The translations under genes and the position numbers were made by a program. This document shows, piece after piece, positions 49,720-59,689 of a DNA stretch of 64,000 nucleotides (position 1 is its first letter; each line of letters begins with the position of its first letter). The notes beneath the pieces are model-generated. The model saw only the letters and a list, made by a program, of their open reading frames with translations, was not told the DNA's origin and did not search any database. The DNA comes from Betaproteobacteria bacterium (GTDB lineage: Bacteria; Pseudomonadota; Gammaproteobacteria; Burkholderiales; Burkholderiaceae_C), in assembly GCA_031394895.1 (NCBI GenBank), contig JANNUE010000078.1:3807-67806 (forward strand), read 5' to 3'.

Positions 49720-50718
49720 TCAGGCGAAGTGGTCGAACGAGGTGTAGCTGTTGGGCAGCGCCTGGCCGGCGTCGTCTTTCAGGCGCACGCCGAGCTGGGA
49801 CTCGATCTGGCCGATGCGCGTCACCGCCGTCTGGCTGGCGGCACCGGCGGCGGCGACAGCCTCGCGCTGTGATGCCGGCGCAGTGAACAGCAATTCGTAA
49901 TCGTCACCACCAGCCAGTGCGAATTGACGCCACTGGGCATGCGAGATGGGGCACTCGGGCAGCGTGCCACCGTGCACAAAATGCTGGCGGGTAGCGATCA
50001 GGCTGACGGCCGCATCGGCTTGCACGCTGGCGCCGACGCCGGACTGCCGCAAGATGTGGCCCAAGTCCCCGAGCAGTCCGTCGCTGATGTCGATCGCCGC
50101 GCTCGCAATGCCGCGCAACCCCTGGCCCAGCGCGACGCGCGGGGTCGGCATCTCCATGCGCAGTCGGGCGGCCTCAAACAGCGCCGGCGCCAGTTCCACG
50201 CTGGCGCGAAACACCTCCAGCGCGAGCCGCGCGTCACCCAGCGTGCCGCTGACATACAGATCATCGCCAGAGCGCGCTCCGCTGCGCAGCAAGGCCTGCG
50301 AGTGCCCGTTGACGACTGGCACTTCGCCAAACACCGTGATGCAGATGTTGAGCGGGCCCTTGGTGGTGTCGCCGCCGATCAGTTCGCAGTCGTGTGCATC
50401 GGCCAGCGCCAGCAAGCCGTGCGAGAACGCTGCCAGCCAGGCTTCGTCGGCATGCGGCAGCGCCAGTGCCAGCGTAAACGCCAGCGGTTTTGCGCCGCAG
50501 GCGGCCAGGTCGCTCAGGTTCACCGCCAGCGCCTTGTGGCCGAGCCGCAGCGGGTCCACCGTCGCAAAGAAATGGCGCCCCTCGACCAGCATGTCGCTCG
50601 AGATTGCGAGCTGCGTGCCAGGCGCCGGCTGCCACAGTGCACAGTCGTCGCCGACGCCAAGCGCGGCGCGCCGGGTGGCTCGCGTGAAGTAGCGCGCGAT
50701 CAGATCAAATTCACCCAT
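49720..50718 (-). CDS. thiL: Thiamine-monophosphate kinase
   Basis: MGEFDLI, GDDCA, VNLSDLAA, GGDTT, DISDGL, GGDDYEL. Confidence 0.97.
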   Translation of the reverse strand: MGEFDLIARYFTRATRRAALGVGDDCALWQPAPGTQLAISSDMLVEGRHFFATVDPLRLGHKALAVNLSDLAACGAKPLAFTLALALPHADEAWLAAFSHGLLALADAHDCELIGGDTTKGPLNICITVFGEVPVVNGHSQALLRSGARSGDDLYVSGTLGDARLALEVFRASVELAPALFEAARLRMEMPTPRVALGQGLRGIASAAIDISDGLLGDLGHILRQSGVGASVQADAAVSLIATRQHFVHGGTLPECPISHAQWRQFALAGGDDYELLFTAPASQREAVAAAGAASQTAVTRIGQIESQLGVRLKDDAGQALPNSYTSFDHFA

Positions 50719-50721
50719 GGA

Positions 50722-51114
50722 TCAATGCAGTGTGCGGCTGCCGTCACCGGCACTCAGTGCGTCCAGGACAAAAATCGGCACATCGGTGTCGAACTTCTCG
50801 CCATCTTCGGCGACGCAGAAAAAGCTGCCGTGCATGGTTCCGGTGGGCGTGCGCAAGCGCGCGCCGCTGGTGTACTGAAACGCCTGACCGGGTTGCAACA
50901 GCGGCTGGTGGCCGACCACGCCCAGACCCTTGACCTTCTCGGTGTGGCCGTTGGCGTCGTTGATGTTCCAGGTGCGCGCGATCAACTGCGCGCCGATCTC
51001 GCCGGTATTGGTGATGGTGATGGTGTAGGAAAACGCATACAAGTCCTGCTCCGGGTCGGACTGCTCGGCCAGGTAGCGCGGTTCTACTTCAATGCGGAAT
51101 TGATACTTGGACAT
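50722..51114 (-). CDS. apaG: ApaG protein
   Basis: YTITITN, GLGVVGHQP, YTSG, GTMHG. Confidence 0.95.
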   Translation of the reverse strand: MSKYQFRIEVEPRYLAEQSDPEQDLYAFSYTITITNTGEIGAQLIARTWNINDANGHTEKVKGLGVVGHQPLLQPGQAFQYTSGARLRTPTGTMHGSFFCVAEDGEKFDTDVPIFVLDALSAGDGSRTLH

Positions 51115-51175
51115 GCTGCCATGCTACCTGCGAAAATAAGCATTCTGTCAAACCTCACCTTTATAAGCCCCTGCC

Positions 51176-51850
51176 ATGATCTATCGCCTCGCTCCGTCTA
51201 TTCTGTCTGCCGACTTTGCGCGCCTGGGCGACGAGGTCAGGGATGTCATCGCCGCTGGCAGTGACTGGATTCATTTTGACGTGATGGACAACCATTATGT
51301 GCCGAACCTGACTTTCGGGCCGATGATCTGCAGCGCGCTCAAGCCGCACGCCAAAACCGCTGCCGGTGTGGCGGTGCCGATCGACGTGCATCTGATGGTG
51401 CAACCGGTCGATGCGCTGGCCGGCGCCTTCGCTGCCGCCGGGGCCGACCTGATCAGCTTTCACCCGGATGCGTCCGGCCACGTGCACCGCAGTATTCAGG
51501 CGATCAAGGCCAGCGGCTGCAAGGCCGGACTGGTGTTCAACCCGGCCGAGCCGCTCGACGTGCTGGACTGGGTGATTGACGACATCGACCTGGTGCTGAT
51601 CATGAGCGTCAACCCCGGCTTTGGCGGCCAGTGTTTCATCGACTCGGCGTTGCGCAAGATCGAAGACGTGCGCGCGCGCATCACCGCCAGCGGCAAGGAC
51701 ATCCGGCTCGAAGTCGATGGTGGCATCAAGGTTGACAACATCCGCCGCGTGGCTGACGCCGGCGCCGACACCTTCGTCGCCGGCAGCGCCATCTTTGGCC
51801 AGCCTGACTACCGCTCGGTGGTGGACGCGATGCGCCGGGCGCTGGCCTGA
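51176..51850 (+). CDS. rpe: Ribulose-phosphate 3-epimerase
   Basis: [36 protein letters not shown]. Confidence 0.98.
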   Translation: MIYRLAPSILSADFARLGDEVRDVIAAGSDWIHFDVMDNHYVPNLTFGPMICSALKPHAKTAAGVAVPIDVHLMVQPVDALAGAFAAAGADLISFHPDASGHVHRSIQAIKASGCKAGLVFNPAEPLDVLDWVIDDIDLVLIMSVNPGFGGQCFIDSALRKIEDVRARITASGKDIRLEVDGGIKVDNIRRVADAGADTFVAGSAIFGQPDYRSVVDAMRRALA

Positions 51851-52332
51851 CGAACTGGCGCTGTGCCGGCGCTGGTGCCGGCGCCAGCGCTGGGCAGCTC
51901 CAGTGTGAACGACACTGGCCCATCGAGAGCCGGCGCCAGCGCTGCGCTGCGCGGCTGCACCGACTGCAGCACAAGCGCGTCGCCGACCTGGCTGCCAACC
52001 CGGTAGGAGCGCGGCGGCTGGCCGTCGATGGCGATGATCGCGTAACCATTCTTGCTGCGCCCGGCGATCACGCCGGTCAAGGTGAAGCGGTTGGCCGCGC
52101 TCGCCACCGGTGCCGCTGCCGCCGTGCTCAGGCCACCGCCGAGCAGACGCGCCACGCGCTGCGGATCGATCTGGCGCGCCGGCGTGGCCGGCGCGCCGGC
52201 GCCGGCCTGGGGCGCCGGCGTGGCACCCGCGTTCCACTGCCACGCCCAATAGGTGGCGCTGGCGGCCGCCAGGGCGGCGATCAAAAAAGTAACAATTCTT
52301 AGCCACCAGAGGGAAAGCAGGGAACTTTGCAT
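51808..52332 (-). CDS. gspC: T2SS protein C-like
   Basis: Single N-terminal TM, LTGVIA...[13 protein letters not shown]; divergent from gspG. Confidence 0.7.
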   Translation of the reverse strand: MQSSLLSLWWLRIVTFLIAALAAASATYWAWQWNAGATPAPQAGAGAPATPARQIDPQRVARLLGGGLSTAAAAPVASAANRFTLTGVIAGRSKNGYAIIAIDGQPPRSYRVGSQVGDALVLQSVQPRSAALAPALDGPVSFTLELPSAGAGTSAGTAPVRQASARRIASTTER

Positions 52333-52380
52333 GGGTCGATTATCATGGATGCGCTGTAGTTTAAAAAGTGATGCAAGCCC

Positions 52381-52824
52381 ATGAAAACATTTGTTGCCAA
52401 CTTCAGGCGTCGCGTCCAGGGCGGCTTTACGCTGATCGAACTGATGGTCGTGCTGCTGATCATTGGTGTGCTGGCGGCGCTGATCGTGCCCAATGTGCTG
52501 GCCCGGGCCGACGACGCGCGTGTCACCGCCGCCAAGACCGACGACAACAATCTGATGCAGGCGCTCAAGCTCTACAAGCTCGACAACCAGCGCTACCCAA
52601 GCGCCGAGCAGGGCCTGCAGGCGTTGCGGACCAAGCCAGCCACCGCACCGGTGCCGCCGAACTGGAAGTCCTACCTCGACCAGTTGCCCAACGATCCCTG
52701 GGGCAAGCCCTATGTGTACATTAACCCGGGCGTCAAGGGCGAAGTCGATGTGATGTCATTCGGCGCCGATGGCCAGGCCGGCGGCGAGGGCAAGGATGCG
52801 GACATTGGAAGCTGGCAGCCGTAA
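52381..52824 (+). CDS. gspG: T2SS major pseudopilin
   Basis: GFTLIELMVV, YKLDNQRYP, DPWG.PY.Y, S.GADG. Confidence 0.96.
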   Translation: MKTFVANFRRRVQGGFTLIELMVVLLIIGVLAALIVPNVLARADDARVTAAKTDDNNLMQALKLYKLDNQRYPSAEQGLQALRTKPATAPVPPNWKSYLDQLPNDPWGKPYVYINPGVKGEVDVMSFGADGQAGGEGKDADIGSWQP

Positions 52825-53254
52825 TCAAGCCGGATTCACGCTGCTTGAGTTGCTGGTGGTGGTGGCCATTGTCGCGGTCGTCTCGGCCGGCGTTGGCTTT
52901 GCGTTGCGCGATGCGTCACAGGTGCAACTGGAGCGCGACGGTGAGCGGCTGGGAGCCTTGCTCGAGTCGGCGCGTGCGCGCTCGCGCATGACCGGCGTGC
53001 CGGTGCGTTGGCACGCCACGCCCACCGGCTTTGTGTTCGAGGGTCTGGCCGATGCGGAGTTGCCGCAACAGTGGCTCGACGAAGACACCGGCGGCGTCGG
53101 TGCCAGCGACACAACGCAACCCGTCACGCTGCTGCTCGGGCCGGAGCCGATCATCGGCCCACAGGAAGTGCGCCTTCAGTCGCGCAGTCAACCCGGCAAA
53201 ACGCTGCGCCTGGTGACCGACGGCGTGCGCCCGTTTGCCGTGCAGGCGCCATGA
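52796..53254 (+). CDS. gspH: T2SS minor pseudopilin H
   Basis: GFTLLELLVV prepilin motif; position after gspG. Confidence 0.85.
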   Translation: MRTLEAGSRNQAGFTLLELLVVVAIVAVVSAGVGFALRDASQVQLERDGERLGALLESARARSRMTGVPVRWHATPTGFVFEGLADAELPQQWLDEDTGGVGASDTTQPVTLLLGPEPIIGPQEVRLQSRSQPGKTLRLVTDGVRPFAVQAP

Positions 53255-53604
53255 AGCAGCGCGGTTTTACGCTGGTTGAAGTGTTGGTCGCGTTGGGCAT
53301 TGTGGCCGTGACGCTGACGGCCGGCTTGCAGGCGACGGCGGCGCTGACGCGCCAGGCGCAACGCCAGTCCGACCGCCTGCTGGCGCAGACTTGCGCCGAA
53401 AACGAACTGATCAAGGTCCGGCTCACCAAACAGTTGCCCGGCGTTGGCGACAGCCGCATCGACTGCGAGCAGGGCGGCCAACTGTTTAGCGTGGCGCTGG
53501 CGGTGCGCGGCACACCGAACCCGAATTTCCGCCGCGTTGACGCCCAGGTGTTTCGTGCCGACGACCCGATCTTGCGGCTCTCGACCGTGGTGGGGCGCTA
53601 CTGA
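53251..53604 (+). CDS. gspI: T2SS minor pseudopilin I
   Basis: GFTLVEVLVAL, AENEL, TPNPNFRRVD. Confidence 0.92.
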   Translation: MKQRGFTLVEVLVALGIVAVTLTAGLQATAALTRQAQRQSDRLLAQTCAENELIKVRLTKQLPGVGDSRIDCEQGGQLFSVALAVRGTPNPNFRRVDAQVFRADDPILRLSTVVGRY

Positions 53605-54242
53605 TGGGCCGGCGCCTGGTTCGCGGCTTCACGCGGTTCGAGTTGTTGGTCGCCGTCGGGCTGATGGCGCTGATGGCGGGCCTGAGCTGGCGCGGGCTGG
53701 ACGGCATGATTCGCGCGCAGTCACAAATGCGCCAGCACGCCGATGAAGTGCTGACCCTGCAGGCCGGACTGGACCAGTGGGGCGCTGATCTGAACGGCTT
53801 GAGCCTGCAGCCCAATCTGACCAGCCTGGACTGGGATGGCCGGGCGCTGCGCATCTTGCGCCGCAGCGCCAGCACACCGGCCGAAGGTTTGAAAGTGGTC
53901 GCGTGGACGCGCCGCGTCATCGACGGCCAGGGCCAATGGCTGCGCTGGCAGTCGCCGGCGTTGACCACGCGCGGCGAAGTGCAGTCGGCCTGGCAGCAAG
54001 CCGCGTTATGGGCGCAAACGCCGAGCGCCGACGACACCAGGCGCGAGGTGCGCATTGCGGCGCTCGATCAATGGCAGATCTATTACTTTCGCGGTGACGC
54101 CTGGAGCAACCCGCAGTCGAGCGCCGGCAATACACTGATTCCGGACGCGGTGCGCTTGGTGCTGACGCTGGCGCCGGGCCAGGCCATCAGTGGCAGCGTC
54201 ACGCGCGACTGGCTGCGCGCCACCGTGGGAGCCGACAAATGA
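53604..54242 (+). CDS. gspJ: T2SS minor pseudopilin J
   Basis: GFTRFELLVA (atypical Arg), SWRGLDGM, QWGADL, DAWSNP. Confidence 0.88.
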   Translation: MGRRLVRGFTRFELLVAVGLMALMAGLSWRGLDGMIRAQSQMRQHADEVLTLQAGLDQWGADLNGLSLQPNLTSLDWDGRALRILRRSASTPAEGLKVVAWTRRVIDGQGQWLRWQSPALTTRGEVQSAWQQAALWAQTPSADDTRREVRIAALDQWQIYYFRGDAWSNPQSSAGNTLIPDAVRLVLTLAPGQAISGSVTRDWLRATVGADK

Positions 54243-55240
54243 GCCGCCGCATTGAGCAAGGCCAGCGCGGCGCCGCCATATTGACCGCCATGCTGACGGT
54301 GGTGCTGGTGGCGACGCTGGCAGCCACGGCACTGTGGCAGCAGTGGCGCGGGGTGGAAATCGAAGCCGCCGAGCGCACCCGTTCGCAAGCCAGTTGGGTG
54401 CTCATCGGCGCGCTCGACTGGGCCCGTCTGATTCTGATTGAAGACGCGCGCAAGGGCGGCGCCGACCATCTGGCCGAGCCGTGGGCGGTGCCGCTGGAGC
54501 AGGCGCGGCTGTCCACTTTTTTGGCCGCCGACCGCACCGACGCACAGGTGCCCGACGACGCGATCGAGGCTTTTCTGTCGGGCCAAATCATCGATTTGCA
54601 GTCGCGCCTGAATGTGACCAACCTGGTGCTGCAGGACGGCAAGGTGCACGAGCCGAGCCGGCTCGCCTTTGAGCGGCTGTTCAAACTGTTGAATCTGCCA
54701 CCCGACGAGTTGGCGCAGATGGTCGATCAACTGGTGCTGGCGCAAACTGCGGCAGCACCGGCGTCGCCAGCGTCGGCGCCGACGCCTGCGGGCAGCGAGC
54801 GCGTGTCCGCTGCGCTGTGGCCGCAGGAACTTGACCAACTGGCCTGGGTTGGCCTGTCCGGGTTGACCATTGCGCGCTTGCGTCCCTTTGTGACCGTGTT
54901 GCCGGTGCGCACCCCGGTCAACCTCAACACCGCCCCGTCCGAGGTCATCTATGCCTGCGTCCAGGCGTTTGATCTGGCCAACGCGAACCGCCTGGTGCAG
55001 TCGCGCAGCCTCACGCACCTGAGATCGCTGGCCGATGCACCCAAGGCCGGTGCCAATGCCGCCGCCCAGTTCAACGACGGCCAGCACAGCGTGACCACGC
55101 GCTTCTTTGAGGTGCGTGGCCAGTTGCAGATCGACCAGACCACGGTGCAGGAATACTTCGTCGTGCAGCGCGAAGGACTGCAGGTCAAGACCCTGTCGCG
55201 CCAGCGTGGCATGCCGGCGGCGGGTGCCTCGCTACAGTGA
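54239..55240 (+). CDS. gspK: T2SS minor pseudopilin K
   Basis: QRGAAILTAML, DHLAEPWA, DLQSRLN, PVNLNTA. Confidence 0.92.
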   Translation: MSRRIEQGQRGAAILTAMLTVVLVATLAATALWQQWRGVEIEAAERTRSQASWVLIGALDWARLILIEDARKGGADHLAEPWAVPLEQARLSTFLAADRTDAQVPDDAIEAFLSGQIIDLQSRLNVTNLVLQDGKVHEPSRLAFERLFKLLNLPPDELAQMVDQLVLAQTAAAPASPASAPTPAGSERVSAALWPQELDQLAWVGLSGLTIARLRPFVTVLPVRTPVNLNTAPSEVIYACVQAFDLANANRLVQSRSLTHLRSLADAPKAGANAAAQFNDGQHSVTTRFFEVRGQLQIDQTTVQEYFVVQREGLQVKTLSRQRGMPAAGASLQ

Positions 55241-55322
55241 GACGCGAGACTTGTCCAGGAATACCCTTGGCGTTACTCTTGCCGGCGAGCCGGCCGATGC
55301 GGGCGCCTTGTACGCCTACCTG
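55226..55322 (+). repeat. Direct repeat copy 1 (gspK end + degenerate gspL start)
   Basis: 97 bp, 13 mismatches to 57180-57276 by manual alignment; gspL ATG reads AGG here. Confidence 0.9.
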
Positions 55323-55472
55323 AGTAGTGAGGTCAACTATCTGAGTCAGTGTTTACAAAAACTCAGACCCGAGTAGCATGAATCGGTTCCGCTTGGCCTC
55401 ATAACACCCCTTCCTGCGGAAAACTCGGCACTGTTGAGGTTGAGGCCAACCAAGGGAACAGAGAGGAAAATT

Positions 55473-56879
55473 ATGAAAAAGCAAGCCATTAGTTCGACAC
55501 GGCGGCAGGTTTTGCGGGCCGGGGGTGCTACGCTGGGCGTGGGGGCGTTGGCGCAATTCTCCGTCCTCGACGCGTTCGCGCAGAAGGCCACCGTAACCCG
55601 CAATCCGCTGCGGATTCCGCCCGTGGTTAGCCCGGTTATTAGCAATGATTTCCCAGCCGGCCTCTCCCTCACTTGTGCACCGGCCACAGTCGATCTTGGC
55701 GGCAGTCGGCTCTCAAACGTGCTGGCCTATAACGGAACTTTCCCCGGTCCCACCATCCTCGCGAAGAGTGGGGACAGGGCGACGATCGCTCTCCACAACG
55801 GGCTGAACGAGCACACCATCACCCACTGGCACGGCATGCACGTGGATTCAGCCAACGATGGCGGTCCGCTCATCTCCATCATCCCGGGCCAGACCTACAA
55901 CTACAGCTTCCCGATCATCCAGCGGGCGTGTCTGAACTGGTACCATCCGCACCCGCACCATCTGACGGGCAAACAGGTCAACCTCGGCCTGGCCGGGGCG
56001 TTCATTCTGCGCGACGACGAGGAAGACGCCCTGAATCTGCCTTCAGGTCGGTATGAAGTTCCCCTGATCATTCGCGACGCCAGCGTAGATAAGAACGGCA
56101 ACCTCATCTACAACCCGACGGCCTCCGGCTTCACCGGCAAGTTCCCGCTGGTCAACGGCACCCGCGATCCAAAGCTGACTGTGGACAAGGGCGACTATCG
56201 TTTGCGCGTGCTCAACGGATCAAATGCGCGCGTGTTCCGGATTGCGTTGAGCAACGGCGCGCCGTTCACGGTGATCGGCAACGACGGCGGACTGCTCGAA
56301 GCACCGGCCACGGTTTCTCAAATCGAGCTCGGCATGGGCGAACGGCTCGATCTGCTCGTGAACTTCAGCGGGCTGACGGCGGGCGCTTCCGTCATGCTGC
56401 GTTGCCTGGATGCGCGCTGGGACTTGCTCCAGTTCGTCGGCACCGGCGTCACGGGCGTGGCTTACAGCCTTCCGAATCGTCCGCTTTCGACCATCGAGCG
56501 CCTCGTGGGGCCCACGGTGCCAACGCGGACGTTCAGCTTCGATGGGATGAGCCGCATCAATGGCCAGACCTACGACATGAACCGGTTCGACTTCCAGGTG
56601 AACCATGGCGTCACCGAACGCTGGCGCTTCACCACTGGCGGCAATGCGCCGCACCCGGTGCATGTGCATGGGGCCTCGTTTCAAGTTGTCTCGCGCACGG
56701 GCGGGCGGGGAGTCGTCTTCCCGTGGGAGCGGGCCTGGAAAGATACCGTGCTGCTGAACGACCAGGAAGTAGTGGATGTGCTGATCCGCTTCGACGCTTA
56801 TCGCGGAGATTACGTCATCCATTGTCATCAACTGGAGCATGAAGACCACGGCATGATGTCGAACTTCAGGGTGGTCTGA
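55473..56879 (+). CDS. Tat-exported multicopper oxidase (CueO/bilirubin oxidase-like)
   Basis: STRRQVLR Tat signal; HWHG, WYHPH, HPVHVHG, HCHQLEHEDHGMM copper motifs. Confidence 0.93.
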   Translation: MKKQAISSTRRQVLRAGGATLGVGALAQFSVLDAFAQKATVTRNPLRIPPVVSPVISNDFPAGLSLTCAPATVDLGGSRLSNVLAYNGTFPGPTILAKSGDRATIALHNGLNEHTITHWHGMHVDSANDGGPLISIIPGQTYNYSFPIIQRACLNWYHPHPHHLTGKQVNLGLAGAFILRDDEEDALNLPSGRYEVPLIIRDASVDKNGNLIYNPTASGFTGKFPLVNGTRDPKLTVDKGDYRLRVLNGSNARVFRIALSNGAPFTVIGNDGGLLEAPATVSQIELGMGERLDLLVNFSGLTAGASVMLRCLDARWDLLQFVGTGVTGVAYSLPNRPLSTIERLVGPTVPTRTFSFDGMSRINGQTYDMNRFDFQVNHGVTERWRFTTGGNAPHPVHVHGASFQVVSRTGGRGVVFPWERAWKDTVLLNDQEVVDVLIRFDAYRGDYVIHCHQLEHEDHGMMSNFRVV

Positions 56880-57128
56880 GAGCGAGGCGAGCCTGTCCTG
56901 TCTTCGGTTGCCGCTCCAGCGGCAACCGGAACAACCCGGAGGGCACGGCTGATGTCACCGCGGCTGCACACTGCCGCCCGGATCGATTGGGTGGTGAACA
57001 CCATTACCGTGTGAGGCGGGCTTGGCGCCGAGTATGGTGGCCCGCCAGCGCGTCCCTCACGCGTCACCCTGGCGGTGGAGTTCGACGCCTCGCGCCGCGC
57101 CAAATTTGCGCTGGCGAAGATGGGCTTC

Positions 57129-57276
57129 ATCTATGACTACCGGGGCGACGCCTGGAGCAACCCGCAGTCGAGCGCAAGGGCCTCACTACAATGTGACGCG
57201 AGACCTGTCCATGAATACCCTTATCGTTACTCTTCCTGGCGAGCCGGCCGATGCCAGTGCCTTGTACGACTACCTG
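57129..57276 (+). repeat. Direct repeat copy 2: gspJ fragment (57129-57175) joined to gspK end/gspL start (57180-57276)
   Basis: 57129-57175 matches gspJ 54078-54124 (42/47, last 29 bp identical); 57180-57276 matches 55226-55322. Confidence 0.9.
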
Positions 57277-58437
57277 TTGACGAGCGATGGCAGCAGCATC
57301 GCCGAGCAGTCGCGCGCGCCGCTGGCGCTGTTGCCGCAGCTAGGTCATGGCGGCGTGGTGGTAGCGCTGGTGCTGGCGCGCCAGTTGTCGTGGCATCAGG
57401 TGCAATTGCCCAAAGGCAGCCTGGGCCGCAGTTTCTTTCAGGACGGCAGCACCGTGCGCCTGCGCGCCGTGCTCGAAGGGGTGATGGAAGACCAGTTGCT
57501 CGACGACACGGCGCAACTGCATTTCGCGCTGCAACCCGATGCGCGCGACGAGGCGCCGGTGACGGTCGCGGTGTGCGACCGCGAGTGGCTGCACGCGGCA
57601 CTGCAGGCGCTGGAGAAAGCCGGGCGCGCCGCCAGCCGCGTGGTGCCCGAGTTCACACCCGATACGCTGCAGGACACGCTGTATGTGGCAGGCGAGCCGG
57701 AGCAGGCCACGATGGCCTGCACGGCAGGCGCCGGCGTGGCGCTATGGCCGCTGTCGGCGGCCTCGGTGGCGCTGCTGAAATGGCCGGACACGCAGCCGAT
57801 TGTGGCCGAGCCGGCGGTGGCGGCCCTGACCGAACAACTGTTCAAGCGCAATGTCACTTTGCAGCAGGTCGGGCAGCGCCGGCTGCAGGCGGCCACCTCG
57901 GCGTGGGATCTGGCCCAGTTTGATCTGGTGAATTCGAACCGCGCCAAGAACTGGCGCCGCCTGTCCGAGGCCGCTGCCAGCCTGTGGCGCGCGCCGCGCT
58001 GGCGTGCCGCCCGTATCGCGGCGCTGACGCTGGCGCTGGTCAACCTGGCCGGGCTCAACGCCTGGGCCTGGAAAGAGCAGAGCCGGCTTAAGACCACGCG
58101 CGCCGCGATCAACGCGGTGCTGACCACGACCTTCCCCAAGGTGCAGGTGGTGGTCGATGCGCCAGTGCAAATGGCCAAGGAAGTGGCGCTGTTGCAGCAG
58201 TCCAGTGGCGTCGCCAGCAATCGAGATATCGATGTCATGCTGGAAGTATTTGCCACGGTGGCCGCGCCCACCAGCGTGCCGTCGGCGCTTGAGTTCGCGG
58301 CCGGGGAGCTGCGTTTGCGCGGGCTCAAGCTGGCGCCGCCCGATGTCGCTACGCTGTCGTTCAAACTCAAGCCACAGGGCTATCAAGCCAGCGCCGAGGG
58401 TGACGCGGTGCTGATCAAACAGGTGTCCCCACCATGA
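57211..58437 (+). CDS. gspL: T2SS protein L
   Basis: LSWHQVQLP, EDQLLDD..QLHFAL, WDLAQF, one TM, VVDAPVQM. Confidence 0.9.
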   Translation: MNTLIVTLPGEPADASALYDYLLTSDGSSIAEQSRAPLALLPQLGHGGVVVALVLARQLSWHQVQLPKGSLGRSFFQDGSTVRLRAVLEGVMEDQLLDDTAQLHFALQPDARDEAPVTVAVCDREWLHAALQALEKAGRAASRVVPEFTPDTLQDTLYVAGEPEQATMACTAGAGVALWPLSAASVALLKWPDTQPIVAEPAVAALTEQLFKRNVTLQQVGQRRLQAATSAWDLAQFDLVNSNRAKNWRRLSEAAASLWRAPRWRAARIAALTLALVNLAGLNAWAWKEQSRLKTTRAAINAVLTTTFPKVQVVVDAPVQMAKEVALLQQSSGVASNRDIDVMLEVFATVAAPTSVPSALEFAAGELRLRGLKLAPPDVATLSFKLKPQGYQASAEGDAVLIKQVSPP

Positions 58438-58907
58438 AATTGCCCGCACCCCTGCAGCAGCGCTGGCTTGGCGCGTCAGCCCGCGAGCGCCAACTGCTGC
58501 TGGGCGCGGCGGCGCTGGTGCTGGGCGCCTTGCTCTGGTGGGTTGGCGTGGCTCCGGCGTTGACGACATTGCGGCTGGCGCAGAACCAGCGCCAGCAACT
58601 CGAAGTCCAGTTGCAGCAAATGCAGCAGCTGCAGGCCCAGGTCAAGGCGCTGCAGGCGCAACCCGCCGTCACGCAGGAAGAGGCGCGCCGGCTGCTCGAT
58701 GCGTCGCTCAAATCGCTCGGTAGCGGCACGCAGTTGACGCAACTCGGTGAGCGCTTCACGGTCACGCTCAAGGGCGTACCCGCCGATGCGCTGGCGCAAT
58801 GGCTGGCCCAGTTGCGGCTGACGGTGCGCAGCGTGCCGACAGAAGTGCGACTGGCACGCAACAGCGCCGGCAGTTGGGACGGCACGCTGGTGCTGAGCAT
58901 CAAGTGA
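58434..58907 (+). CDS. gspM: T2SS protein M
   Basis: W....ARERQLL + TM + coiled coil, LAQWLAQ.R. Confidence 0.88.
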   Translation: MKLPAPLQQRWLGASARERQLLLGAAALVLGALLWWVGVAPALTTLRLAQNQRQQLEVQLQQMQQLQAQVKALQAQPAVTQEEARRLLDASLKSLGSGTQLTQLGERFTVTLKGVPADALAQWLAQLRLTVRSVPTEVRLARNSAGSWDGTLVLSIK

Positions 58908-59683
58908 GCAAAACCGGCACCAGCCCGTGGTCGTGGGCGCTGGCCGGCACGCTGGCGGGTTTGCTGCTCGCCGGCGTTCTCAACGCGCCAGCGAGCTGGC
59001 TCAGCGTGCTGGTGCAGCAGGGCCTCAATGGCCGGCTGGTATTCGAGGACCCGCGCGGCACGCTGTGGAACGGCTCGGCCCGGCTGCTGCTCACCGGAGG
59101 CGCCGGCAGTACCGACAGCGCGGCTCTGCCGGGCCGACTGAACTGGGCGATTCGTCCGGTCTGGTTCGGCCTGCAGGCCGACCTGCACGCCGATTGCTGT
59201 ACCCAGCAACCGTGGCGCTGGCGTGTCACGCCGCAGTGGGGCGGCGCCGAGCTGGTGCTCGGCGACAACCTGTCGCAATGGCCGGCGCAGTGGCTGACCG
59301 GGTTAGGGACGCCGTGGAACACGGTGCAGGCCGAAGGTCAACTGGTGTTATCGACGCAGGCGCTGAACCTGCAATGGGCAGCCGGGCGGCTGGCGCTGAG
59401 CGGACGCGCGCAGCTCGACGCCACCCACATTTCGTCGCGCCTGTCCACGCTCAAGCCGATGGGCAGTTACCGCATCACGCTGAGCGGCGGCGCCAGCACC
59501 GGCTTCACTCTGGAAACGCTGGAGGGAAGTTTACAATTGAGCGGCAACGGACAATGGGTGGGATCAAGACTCAGGTTTGACGGGGTTGCCAGCGCCGCTC
59601 CCGAGAGGCTGGACGCCTTGTCCAATCTTCTCAATATCATTGGCCGTCGCGATGGTGCACGCGCCATCATCAAAGTAGGTTGA
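58904..59683 (+). CDS. gspN: T2SS protein N
   Basis: APASWL, GTLWNGS, LGTPWNT, P.GSY. Confidence 0.88.
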   Translation: MSKTGTSPWSWALAGTLAGLLLAGVLNAPASWLSVLVQQGLNGRLVFEDPRGTLWNGSARLLLTGGAGSTDSAALPGRLNWAIRPVWFGLQADLHADCCTQQPWRWRVTPQWGGAELVLGDNLSQWPAQWLTGLGTPWNTVQAEGQLVLSTQALNLQWAAGRLALSGRAQLDATHISSRLSTLKPMGSYRITLSGGASTGFTLETLEGSLQLSGNGQWVGSRLRFDGVASAAPERLDALSNLLNIIGRRDGARAIIKVG

Positions 59684-59689
59684 ATCCGT

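Noticed and set aside
57022-57210. N-terminal extension of GspL in the ORF track
   Set aside because: The upstream part is scar DNA (gspJ/gspK fragments); the real start is ATG 57211
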